From Eledone cirrhosa (taxonomy: Eukaryota): a DNA stretch of 64,000 bases. Made by a program: the position numbers and the translations under genes. Where the stretch lies: NCBI GenBank assembly GCA_964016885.1, contig OZ024740.1, positions 35,340,001 to 35,404,000 of the forward strand, in the 5' to 3' direction. Each line of letters opens with the position of its first letter. The stretch's first letter is position 1. Positions 1 to 12,400 of this stretch are shown one piece after another. The notes below the pieces were generated by a model. The model ran no database searches, was not told the origin of the DNA, and was given only the letters and a program-made list of their open reading frames with translations.

Positions 1-416
1 AACTCCTAGAACCTCAAGAAACTTCATTTTTGACAAGTGTAGCCCCCCGACTCCTAGAACCTCAAGAAACTTGATTTTGGTCAAGTGTAACACCCAAATC
101 CTATAACCTCAAGAAACTTCATTTTTGTCAAGTGTAGCCCCCAACTCCTAGAACTTCAAGAAACTTCACTTTTGTCAAGTGTAGCCCCCGACAACTAGAA
201 CCTCAAGAAACTTCATTTTTGTCAAGTGTAGACCCCAACTCCTAGAACGTCAAGAAACTTCATTTTTGTCAAGTGTAGCCCAACACCTAGAACCTCAAGA
301 ATCTTCATATTTGTCAAGTGTAGATCCCAACTTCTAGAACCTCAAGAAACCTCATATTTGTCAAGTGTAATCCCCAACTCCTAGAACCTCAAGAAACTTC
401 ATTTTTGTCAAGTGTA

Positions 417-3400
417 GCCCCCCCCCCCGGCTCCTAGAACCTAAAGAAGCTTCATTTTTGTCAAGTGTAGCCTCCAACTACTAGAACGTCAAGAAACTTG
501 ATTTTTGTCAGGTGTAGCTCCCAAATCCTAGAACCTCAAGAAACTTCATTTTTGTCAAGTGTAGCCCCCGACTCCTAGAACCTCAAGAAACTTGATTTTG
601 GTCAAGTGTAACTCCCAAATCCTAGAACCTCAAGAATCTTCATTTTTGTCAAGTGTAGACCCCCGACTCCTAGAACCTCAAGAAACTTCACATTTGTCAA
701 GTGTAGCCCCCGACAACTAGAACCTAAAGAAGCTTCATTTTTGTCAAGTGTAGCCTCCAACTACTAGAACGTCAAGAAACTTGATTTTTGTCAGGTGTAG
801 CTCCCAAATCCTAGAACCTCAAGAAACTTCATTTTTGTCAAGTGTAGCCCACAACTCCTAGAACCTCAAGAAACTTCATTTTTGTCAAGTGTAGCCCCCC
901 GACTCCTAGAACCTCAAGAAACTTGATTTTGGTCAAGTGTAACTCCCAAATCCTAGAACCTCAAGAAACTTCATTTTTGTCAAGTGTAGCCCCCAACTCC
1001 TAGAATGTCAAGAAACTTCATTTTTGTCAAGTGTAGCCCAACACCTAGAACCTCAAGAATCTTCATTTTTGTCAAGTGTAGCCCAACACCTAGAACCTCA
1101 AGAAACTTCATTTTTCAAACTTCAAGTGTAGACCCCCGACTCCTAGAACCTCAAGAAACTTCACATTTGTCAAGTGTAGCCCCCGACAACTAGAACCTGA
1201 AGAAACTTCATTTTTGTCAAGTGTAGCCCAACACCTAGAACCTCAAGAAACTTCATTTTTGTCAAGTGTAGACCGCCCCCCGACTATTGGAACCTCAAGA
1301 AACTTAATTTTGTCAATTATAGCCCCAACTCCTAGAACGTCAAGAAACTTCATTTTTGTCAAGTGTAGCCCCCCAAAACCTAGAACCTCAAGAAACTTCA
1401 TTCTTGTCAAGTGTAGCCCCTCCCGGCTCCTAGAACCTCAAGAAGCTTCATTTTTGTCAAGTGTAGCACCCCAACTGCTAGAAGCCCAAGAAAATTTATT
1501 TTTGTCAAGTGTAGGCCCCAACTCCTAGATCTCAAGAAACTTCATTTTTGTCAAGTATAGCACCCCGACTTCTAGAACCTCAAGAAACTTCATTTTTATC
1601 AAGTGTTGCCTCCAACTGCTAGAACCCCAAGAAAGTTCATTTTTGTCAAGTGTAGCCCCCTCCTCAACTCCTAGAACCTCAAGAAACTTCATTTTTGTCA
1701 AGTGTAGCCCCAACTCCTAGAATCTCAAGAAACTTCATTTTTGTCAAGTGTAGCCCCAACACCTAGAACCTCAAGAATCTTCATTTTTGTCAAGTGTAGA
1801 CCCCCGACTCCTAGAACCTCAAGAAACTTCACTTTTGTCAAGTGTAGCTCCCCGACTCCTAGAACCTCAAGAAACTTCATTTTTGTCAAGTGTAGCCCCG
1901 ACTCCTAGAACCTCAAGAAACTTCATTTTTATCAAGTGTAGCCTCCAACTCCTAGAACCCCAAGAAAGTTCATTTTTGTCAAGTGTAGCCCCCCCCCAAC
2001 CACTAGAACGTCAAGAAACTTCATTTTTGTCAAGTGTAGCCCCCCCGGCTCCTAGAACCTCAAGAAGCTTCATTTTTGTCAAGTGTAGCACCCCAACTCC
2101 TAGAACCTCAAGAAACTTCATTTTTGTCAAGTGTAGCTCCCCGACTCCTAGAACCTCAAGAAACTTCATTTTTGTCAAGTGTAGCCCCCCGACTCCTAGA
2201 TCTCAAGAAACTTCATTTTTGTCAAGAACCTCAAGAAACTTCACATTTGTCAAGTGTAGCCCCCGACAACTAGAACCTAAAGAAGCTTCATTTTTGTCAA
2301 GTGTAGCCTCCAACTACTAGAACCTCAAGAAACTTGATTTTGGTCAAGTGTAACTCCCAAATCCTAGAACCTCAAGAAACTTCATTTTTGTCAAGTGTAG
2401 CCCCCAACTCCTAGAATGTCAAGAAACTTCATTTTTGTCAAGTGTAGCCCCCCCCCCAGTCTCCTAGAACCTCAAAGAAGCTTCATTTTTGTCAAGTGTA
2501 GCCCCCCAACTCCTAGAACCTCAAGAAACTTCATTTTTGTCAAGTGTTGCCTCCAACTGCTAGAACCCCAAGAAAGTTCATTTTTGTCAAGTGTAGCCCC
2601 CCCCCTCAACTCCCAGAACCTCAAGAAACTTCATTTTTGTCAAGTGTAGCCCCAACACCTAGAATCTCAAGAATCTTCATTTTTGTCAAGTGTAGACCCC
2701 CGACTCCTAGAACCTCAAGAAACTTCATTTTTGTCAAGTGTAGCCCCTGACTCCTAGAATCTCAAGAAACTTCATTATTGTCAAGTGTAGCCTCCAACTC
2801 CTAGAACCACAAGAATGTTCATTTTTGTCAAGTGTAGCCGCCCCCGACTCCTAGAATCTCAAGATTCTTCATTTTTGTCAAGTGTATCCCCAACTCCTAG
2901 AACCACAAGAAAGTTCATTTTTGTCAAGTGTAGCCCCAACACCTAGAACCTCAAGAAACTTCACTTTTGTCAAGTGTAGCCCCCGACAAGTAGAACCTCA
3001 AGAAACTTCATTTTTGTCAAGTGTAGACCACCAACACCTAGAACCCTAAGAAAATTCATTTTTGTCAAGTGTAGCCGCCAACTCCTAGATCTCAAGAAAC
3101 TTCATTTTTGTCAAGTGTAGCCCCCCCCCCCGGCTCCTAGAACCTAAAGAAGCTTCATTTTTGTCAAGTGTAGCCTCCAACTACTAGAACGTCAAGAAAC
3201 TTGATTTTTGTCAGGTGTAGCTCCCAAATCCTAGAACCTCAAGAAACTTCATTTTTGTCAAGTGTAGCCCCCGACTCCTAGAACCTCAAGAAACTTGATT
3301 TTGGTCAAGTGTAACTCCCAAATCCTAGAACCTCAAGAATCTTCATTTTTGTCAAGTGTAGACCCCCGACTCCTAGAACCTCAAGAAACTTCACATTTGT

Positions 3401-6400
3401 CAAGTGTAGCCCCCGACAACTAGAACCTAAAGAAGCTTCATTTTTGTCAAGTGTAGCCTCCAACTACTAGAACGTCAAGAAACTTGATTTTTGTCAGGTG
3501 TAGCTCCCAAATCCTAGAACCTCAAGAAACTTCATTTTTGTCAAGTGTAGCCCACAACTCCTAGAACCTCAAGAAACTTCATTTTTGTCAAGTGTAGCCC
3601 CCCGACTCCTAGAACCTCAAGAAACTTGATTTTGGTCAAGTGTAACTCCCAAATCCTAGAACCTCAAGAAACTTCATTTTTGTCAAGTGTAGCCCCCAAC
3701 TCCTAGAATGTCAAGAAACTTCATTTTTGTCAAGTGTAGCCCAACACCTAGAACCTCAAGAATCTTCATTTTTGTCAAGTGTAGCCCAACACCTAGAACC
3801 TCAAGAAACTTCATTTTTCAAACTTCAAGTGTAGACCCCCGACTCCTAGAACCTCAAGAAACTTCACATTTGTCAAGTGTAGCCCCCGACAACTAGAACC
3901 TGAAGAAACTTCATTTTTGTCAAGTGTAGCCCAACACCTAGAACCTCAAGAAACTTCATTTTTGTCAAGTGTAGACCGCCCCCCGACTATTGGAACCTCA
4001 AGAAACTTAATTTTGTCAATTATAGCCCCAACTCCTAGAACGTCAAGAAACTTCATTTTTGTCAAGTGTAGCCCCCCAAAACCTAGAACCTCAAGAAACT
4101 TCATTCTTGTCAAGTGTAGCCCCTCCCGGCTCCTAGAACCTCAAGAAGCTTCATTTTTGTCAAGTGTAGCACCCCAACTGCTAGAAGCCCAAGAAAATTT
4201 ATTTTTGTCAAGTGTAGGCCCCAACTCCTAGATCTCAAGAAACTTCATTTTTGTCAAGTATAGCACCCCGACTTCTAGAACCTCAAGAAACTTCATTTTT
4301 ATCAAGTGTTGCCTCCAACTGCTAGAACCCCAAGAAAGTTCATTTTTGTCAAGTGTAGCCCCCTCCTCAACTCCTAGAACCTCAAGAAACTTCATTTTTG
4401 TCAAGTGTAGCCCCAACTCCTAGAATCTCAAGAAACTTCATTTTTGTCAAGTGTAGCCCCAACACCTAGAACCTCAAGAATCTTCATTTTTGTCAAGTGT
4501 AGACCCCCGACTCCTAGAACCTCAAGAAACTTCACTTTTGTCAAGTGTAGCTCCCCGACTCCTAGAACCTCAAGAAACTTCATTTTTGTCAAGTGTAGCC
4601 CCGACTCCTAGAACCTCAAGAAACTTCATTTTTATCAAGTGTAGCCTCCAACTCCTAGAACCCCAAGAAAGTTCATTTTTGTCAAGTGTAGCCCCCCCAC
4701 CCAACCACTAGAACGTCAAGAAACTTCATTTTTGTCAAGTGTAGCCCCCCCGGCTCCTAGAACCTCAAGAAGCTTCATTTTTGTCAAGTGTAGCACCCCA
4801 ACTCCTAGAACCTCAAGAAACTTCATTTTTGTCAAGTGTAGCTCCCCGACTCCTAGAACCTCAAGAAACTTCATTTTTGTCAAGTGTAGCCCCCCGACTC
4901 CTAGATCTCAAGAAACTTCATTTTTGTCAAGAACCTCAAGAAACTTCACATTTGTCAAGTGTAGCCCCCGACAACTAGAACCTAAAGAAGCTTCATTTTT
5001 GTCAAGTGTAGCCTCCAACTACTAGAACGTCAAGAAACTTGATTTTTGTCAGGTGTAGCTCCCAAATCCTAGAACCTCAAGAAACTTCATTTTTGTCAAG
5101 TGTAGCCCACAACTCCTAGAACCTCAAGAAACTTCATTTTTGTCAAGTGTAGCCCCCCGACTCCTAGAACCTCAAGAAACTTGATTTTGGTCAAGTGTAA
5201 CTCCCAAATCCTAGAACCTCAAGAAACTTCATTTTTGTCAAGTGTAGCCCCCAACTCCTAGAATGTCAAGAAACTTCATTTTTGTCAAGTGTAGCCCCCC
5301 CCAGTCTCCTAGAACCTCAAAGAAGCTTCATTTTTGTCAAGTGTAGCCCCCCAACTCCTAGAACCTCAAGAAACTTCATTTTTGTCAAGTGTTGCCTCCA
5401 ACTGCTAGAACCCCAAGAAAGTTCATTTTTGTCAAGTGTAGCCCCCCCCCCTCAACTCCCAGAACCTCAAGAAACTTCATTTTTGTCAAGTGTAGCCCCA
5501 ACACCTAGAATCTCAAGAATCTTCATTTTTGTCAAGTGTAGACCCCCGACTCCTAGAACCTCAAGAAACTTCATTTTTGTCAAGTGTAGCCCCTGACTCC
5601 TAGAATCTCAAGAAACTTCATTATTGTCAAGTGTAGCCTCCAACTCCTAGAACCACAAGAATGTTCATTTTTGTCAAGTGTAGCCGCCCCCGACTCCTAG
5701 AATCTCAAGATTCTTCATTTTTGTCAAGTGTATCCCCAACTCCTAGAACCACAAGAAAGTTCATTTTTGTCAAGTGTAGCCCCAACACCTAGAACCTCAA
5801 GAAACTTCACTTTTGTCAAGTGTAGCCCCCGACAAGTAGAACCTCAAGAAACTTCATTTTTGTCAAGTGTAGACCACCAACACCTAGAACCCTAAGAAAA
5901 TTCATTTTTGTCAAGTGTAGCCGCCAACTCCTAGATCTCAAGAAACTTCATTTTTGTCAAGTGTAGCCCCCCAACTCCTAGAACCTCAAGAAACTTCATT
6001 TGTGTCAAGTGTAGCACCCCGACTCCTAGAAGCTCAAGCAACTTCATTTTTGTCAAGTGTAGCCTCCAACTTCTAGAACCCCAAGAAAGTTCATTTTTGT
6101 CACGTGTAGCCCCACCCCAACTCCTAGAACCTCAAGATTCTTCATTTTTGTCAAGTGTAGCCCCAACACCTAGAACCTCAAGAAACTTCACTTTTGTCAA
6201 GTGTAGCCCCCAACAAGTAGAACCTCAAGAAACTTCATTTTTGTCAAGTGTAGACCCCCAACACATAGAACCCCAAGAAAATTCATTTTTGTCAAGTGTA
6301 GCCGCCAACTCCTAGAACCCCAAGAAAGTTCATTTTTGTCAAGTGTAGCCCCCCACCCCAACTCCTAGAACCTCAAGATTCTTCATTTTTGTCAAGTGTA

Positions 6401-9400
6401 GCCCCAACATCAAGAACCTTATGAAACTTCACTTTTGTCAAGTGTAGCCCCCGATAACTAGAACCTCAAGAAACTTCATTTTTGTCAAGTGTAGCCCCAA
6501 CACCTAGAACCTCAAGAAACTTCACTTTTGTCAAGTGTAGCCCCCCCCCCCTGACTCTTAGAACCTCAAGAAACTTCATTTCTGTCAAGTGTAGCCCCCA
6601 ACTCCTAGAACCTCAAGAAAGGTCATTTTGTCAAGTGTAGACCCCCGACTCCTAGAACCTCAAGAAACTTCACTTTTGTCAAGTGTAGCTCCCTGACTCC
6701 TAGAACCTGAAGAAACTTCATTTTTGTCAAGTGTAGCCCCCCGACTCCTAGAAGCTCAAGCAACTTCATTTTTGTCAAGTGTAGCCTCCAACTCCTAGAA
6801 CCCCAAGAAAGTTCATTCTTGTCAAGTGTAGACCCCAACCCCTAGAACGTCAAGAAGCTTCATGTTTGTCAAGTGTAGCCCCAACTCCTAGAAACACAAG
6901 AAACCTAATTTTTGTCAAGTGTAGCTCCCTGACTCCTAGAACCTGAAGAAACTTCATTTTTGTCAAGTGTAGCCTCCAACTCCTAGAACCCCAAGAAAGT
7001 TCATTCTTGTCAAGTGTAGACCCCAACCCCTAGAACGTCAAGAAGCTTCATTTTTGTCAAGTGTAGACCCCCGACTCCTAGAACCTCAAGAAACTTCACT
7101 TTTGTCAAGTGTAGCTCCCTGACTCCTAGAACCTGAAGAAACTTCATTTTTGTCAAGTGTAGCCCCCCGACTCCTAGAAGCTCAAGCAACTTCATTTTTG
7201 TCAAGTGTAGCCTCCAACTCCTAGAACCCCAAGAAAGTTCATTCTTGTCAAGTGTAGACCCCCGACTCCTAGAACCTCAAGAAACTTCACATTTGTCAAG
7301 TGTAGCCCCCGACAACTAGAACCTAAAGAAGCTTCATTTTTGTCAAGTGTAGCCTCCAACTACTAGAACGTCAAGAAACTTGATTTTTGTCAGGTGTAGC
7401 TCCCAAATCCTAGAACCTCAAGAAACTTCATTTTTGTCAAGTGTAGCCCACAACTCCTAGAACCTCAAGAAACTTCATTTTTGTCAAGTGTAGCCCCCCG
7501 ACTCCTAGAACCTCAAGAAACTTGATTTTGGTCAAGTGTAACTCCCAAATCCTAGAACCTCAAGAAACTTCATTTTTGTCAAGTGTAGCCCCCAACTCCT
7601 AGAATGTCAAGAAACTTCATTTTTGTCAAGTGTAGCCCAACACCTAGAACCTCAAGAATCTTCATTTTTGTCAAGTGTAGACCCCCGACTCCTAGAACCT
7701 CAAGAAACTTCACATTTGTCAAGTGTAGCCCCCGACAACTAGAACCTCAAGAAACTTCATTTTTGTCAAGTGTAGCCCAACACCTAGAACCTCAAGAAAC
7801 TTCATTTTTGTCAAGTGTAGACCGCCCCCCGACTATTGGAACCTCAAGAAACTTAATTTTGTCAATTATAGCCCCAACTCCTAGAACGTCAAGAAACTTC
7901 ATTTTTGTCAAGTGTAGCCCCCCAAAACCTAGAACCTCAAGAAACTTCATTCTTGTCAAGTGTAGCCCCTCCCGGCTCCTAGAACCTCAAGAAGCTTCAT
8001 TTTTGTCAAGTGTAGCACCCCAACTGCTAGAAGCCCAAGAAAATTTATTTTTGTCAAGTGTAGGCCCCAACTCCTAGATCTCAAGAAACTTCATTTTTGT
8101 CAAGTATAGCACCCCGACTTCTAGAACCTCAAGAAACTTCATTTTTATCAAGTGTTGCCTCCAACTGCTAGAACCCCAAGAAAGTTCATTTTTGTCAAGT
8201 GTAGCCCCCTCCTCAACTCCTAGAACCTCAAGAAACTTCATTTTTGTCAAGTGTAGCCCCAACTCCTAGAATCTCAAGAAACTTCATTTTTGTCAAGTGT
8301 AGCCCCAACACCTAGAACCTCAAGAATCTTCATTTTTGTCAAGTGTAGACCCCCGACTCCTAGAACCTCAAGAAACTTCACTTTTGTCAAGTGTAGCTCC
8401 CCGACTCCTAGAACCTCAAGAAACTTCATTTTTGTCAAGTGTAGCCCCGACTCCTAGAACCTCAAGAAACTTCATTTTTATCAAGTGTAGCCTCCAACTC
8501 CTAGAACCCCAAGAAAGTTCATTTTTGTCAAGTGTAGCCCCCCCCCAACCACTAGAACGTCAAGAAACTTCATTTTTGTCAAGTGTAGCCCCCCCGGCTC
8601 CTAGAACCTCAAGAAGCTTCATTTTTGTCAAGTGTAGCACCCCAACTCCTAGAACCTCAAGAAACTTCATTTTTGTCAAGTGTAGCTCCCCGACTCCTAG
8701 AACCTCAAGAAACTTCATTTTTGTCAAGTGTAGCCCCCCGACTCCTAGATCTCAAGAAACTTCATTTTTGTCAAGAACCTCAAGAAACTTCACATTTGTC
8801 AAGTGTAGCCCCCGACAACTAGAACCTAAAGAAGCTTCATTTTTGTCAAGTGTAGCCTCCAACTACTAGAACCTCAAGAAACTTGATTTTGGTCAAGTGT
8901 AACTCCCAAATCCTAGAACCTCAAGAAACTTCATTTTTGTCAAGTGTAGCCCCCAACTCCTAGAATGTCAAGAAACTTCATTTTTGTCAAGTGTAGCCCC
9001 CCCCCAGTCTCCTAGAACCTCAAAGAAGCTTCATTTTTGTCAAGTGTAGCCCCCCAACTCCTAGAACCTCAAGAAACTTCATTTTTGTCAAGTGTTGCCT
9101 CCAACTGCTAGAACCCCAAGAAAGTTCATTTTTGTCAAGTGTAGCCCCCCCCCTCAACTCCCAGAACCTCAAGAAACTTCATTTTTGTCAAGTGTAGCCC
9201 CAACACCTAGAATCTCAAGAATCTTCATTTTTGTCAAGTGTAGACCCCCGACTCCTAGAACCTCAAGAAACTTCATTTTTGTCAAGTGTAGCCCCTGACT
9301 CCTAGAATCTCAAGAAACTTCATTATTGTCAAGTGTAGCCTCCAACTCCTAGAACCACAAGAATGTTCATTTTTGTCAAGTGTAGCCGCCCCCGACTCCT

Positions 9401-12400
9401 AGAATCTCAAGATTCTTCATTTTTGTCAAGTGTATCCCCAACTCCTAGAACCACAAGAAAGTTCATTTTTGTCAAGTGTAGCCCCAACACCTAGAACCTC
9501 AAGAAACTTCACTTTTGTCAAGTGTAGCCCCCGACAAGTAGAACCTCAAGAAACTTCATTTTTGTCAAGTGTAGACCACCAACACCTAGAACCCTAAGAA
9601 AATTCATTTTTGTCAAGTGTAGCCGCCAACTCCTAGATCTCAAGAAACTTCATTTTTGTCAAGTGTAGCCCCCCCCCCCGGCTCCTAGAACCTAAAGAAG
9701 CTTCATTTTTGTCAAGTGTAGCCTCCAACTACTAGAACGTCAAGAAACTTGATTTTTGTCAGGTGTAGCTCCCAAATCCTAGAACCTCAAGAAACTTCAT
9801 TTTTGTCAAGTGTAGCCCCCGACTCCTAGAACCTCAAGAAACTTGATTTTGGTCAAGTGTAACTCCCAAATCCTAGAACCTCAAGAATCTTCATTTTTGT
9901 CAAGTGTAGACCCCCGACTCCTAGAACCTCAAGAAACTTCACATTTGTCAAGTGTAGCCCCCGACAACTAGAACCTAAAGAAGCTTCATTTTTGTCAAGT
10001 GTAGCCTCCAACTACTAGAACGTCAAGAAACTTGATTTTTGTCAGGTGTAGCTCCCAAATCCTAGAACCTCAAGAAACTTCATTTTTGTCAAGTGTAGCC
10101 CACAACTCCTAGAACCTCAAGAAACTTCATTTTTGTCAAGTGTAGCCCCCCGACTCCTAGAACCTCAAGAAACTTGATTTTGGTCAAGTGTAACTCCCAA
10201 ATCCTAGAACCTCAAGAAACTTCATTTTTGTCAAGTGTAGCCCCCAACTCCTAGAATGTCAAGAAACTTCATTTTTGTCAAGTGTAGCCCAACACCTAGA
10301 ACCTCAAGAATCTTCATTTTTGTCAAGTGTAGCCCAACACCTAGAACCTCAAGAAACTTCATTTTTCAAACTTCAAGTGTAGACCCCCGACTCCTAGAAC
10401 CTCAAGAAACTTCACATTTGTCAAGTGTAGCCCCCGACAACTAGAACCTGAAGAAACTTCATTTTTGTCAAGTGTAGCCCAACACCTAGAACCTCAAGAA
10501 ACTTCATTTTTGTCAAGTGTAGACCGCCCCCCGACTATTGGAACCTCAAGAAACTTAATTTTGTCAATTATAGCCCCAACTCCTAGAACGTCAAGAAACT
10601 TCATTTTTGTCAAGTGTAGCCCCCCAAAACCTAGAACCTCAAGAAACTTCATTCTTGTCAAGTGTAGCCCCTCCCGGCTCCTAGAACCTCAAGAAGCTTC
10701 ATTTTTGTCAAGTGTAGCACCCCAACTGCTAGAAGCCCAAGAAAATTTATTTTTGTCAAGTGTAGGCCCCAACTCCTAGATCTCAAGAAACTTCATTTTT
10801 GTCAAGTATAGCACCCCGACTTCTAGAACCTCAAGAAACTTCATTTTTATCAAGTGTTGCCTCCAACTGCTAGAACCCCAAGAAAGTTCATTTTTGTCAA
10901 GTGTAGCCCCCTCCTCAACTCCTAGAACCTCAAGAAACTTCATTTTTGTCAAGTGTAGCCCCAACTCCTAGAATCTCAAGAAACTTCATTTTTGTCAAGT
11001 GTAGCCCCAACACCTAGAACCTCAAGAATCTTCATTTTTGTCAAGTGTAGACCCCCGACTCCTAGAACCTCAAGAAACTTCACTTTTGTCAAGTGTAGCT
11101 CCCCGACTCCTAGAACCTCAAGAAACTTCATTTTTGTCAAGTGTAGCCCCGACTCCTAGAACCTCAAGAAACTTCATTTTTATCAAGTGTAGCCTCCAAC
11201 TCCTAGAACCCCAAGAAAGTTCATTTTTGTCAAGTGTAGCCCCCCCACCCAACCACTAGAACGTCAAGAAACTTCATTTTTGTCAAGTGTAGCCCCCCCG
11301 GCTCCTAGAACCTCAAGAAGCTTCATTTTTGTCAAGTGTAGCACCCCAACTCCTAGAACCTCAAGAAACTTCATTTTTGTCAAGTGTAGCTCCCCGACTC
11401 CTAGAACCTCAAGAAACTTCATTTTTGTCAAGTGTAGCCCCCCGACTCCTAGATCTCAAGAAACTTCATTTTTGTCAAGTACCTCAAGAAACTTCACATT
11501 TGTCAAGTGTAGCCCCCGACAACTAGAACCTAAAGAAGCTTCATTTTTGTCAAGTGTAGCCTCCAACTACTAGAACGTCAAGAAACTTGATTTTTGTCAG
11601 GTGTAGCTCCCAAATCCTAGAACCTCAAGAAACTTCATTTTTGTCAAGTGTAGCCCACAACTCCTAGAACCTCAAGAAACTTCATTTTTGTCAAGTGTAG
11701 CCCCCCGACTCCTAGAACCTCAAGAAACTTGATTTTGGTCAAGTGTAACTCCCAAATCCTAGAACCTCAAGAAACTTCATTTTTGTCAAGTGTAGCCCCC
11801 AACTCCTAGAATGTCAAGAAACTTCATTTTTGTCAAGTGTAGCCCCCCCCAGTCTCCTAGAACCTCAAAGAAGCTTCATTTTTGTCAAGTGTAGCCCCCC
11901 AACTCCTAGAACCTCAAGAAACTTCATTTTTGTCAAGTGTTGCCTCCAACTGCTAGAACCCCAAGAAAGTTCATTTTTGTCAAGTGTAGCCCCCCCCCCT
12001 CAACTCCCAGAACCTCAAGAAACTTCATTTTTGTCAAGTGTAGCCCCAACACCTAGAATCTCAAGAATCTTCATTTTTGTCAAGTGTAGACCCCCGACTC
12101 CTAGAACCTCAAGAAACTTCATTTTTGTCAAGTGTAGCCCCTGACTCCTAGAATCTCAAGAAACTTCATTATTGTCAAGTGTAGCCTCCAACTCCTAGAA
12201 CCACAAGAATGTTCATTTTTGTCAAGTGTAGCCGCCCCCGACTCCTAGAATCTCAAGATTCTTCATTTTTGTCAAGTGTATCCCCAACTCCTAGAACCAC
12301 AAGAAAGTTCATTTTTGTCAAGTGTAGCCCCAACACCTAGAACCTCAAGAAACTTCACTTTTGTCAAGTGTAGCCCCCGACAAGTAGAACCTCAAGAAAC

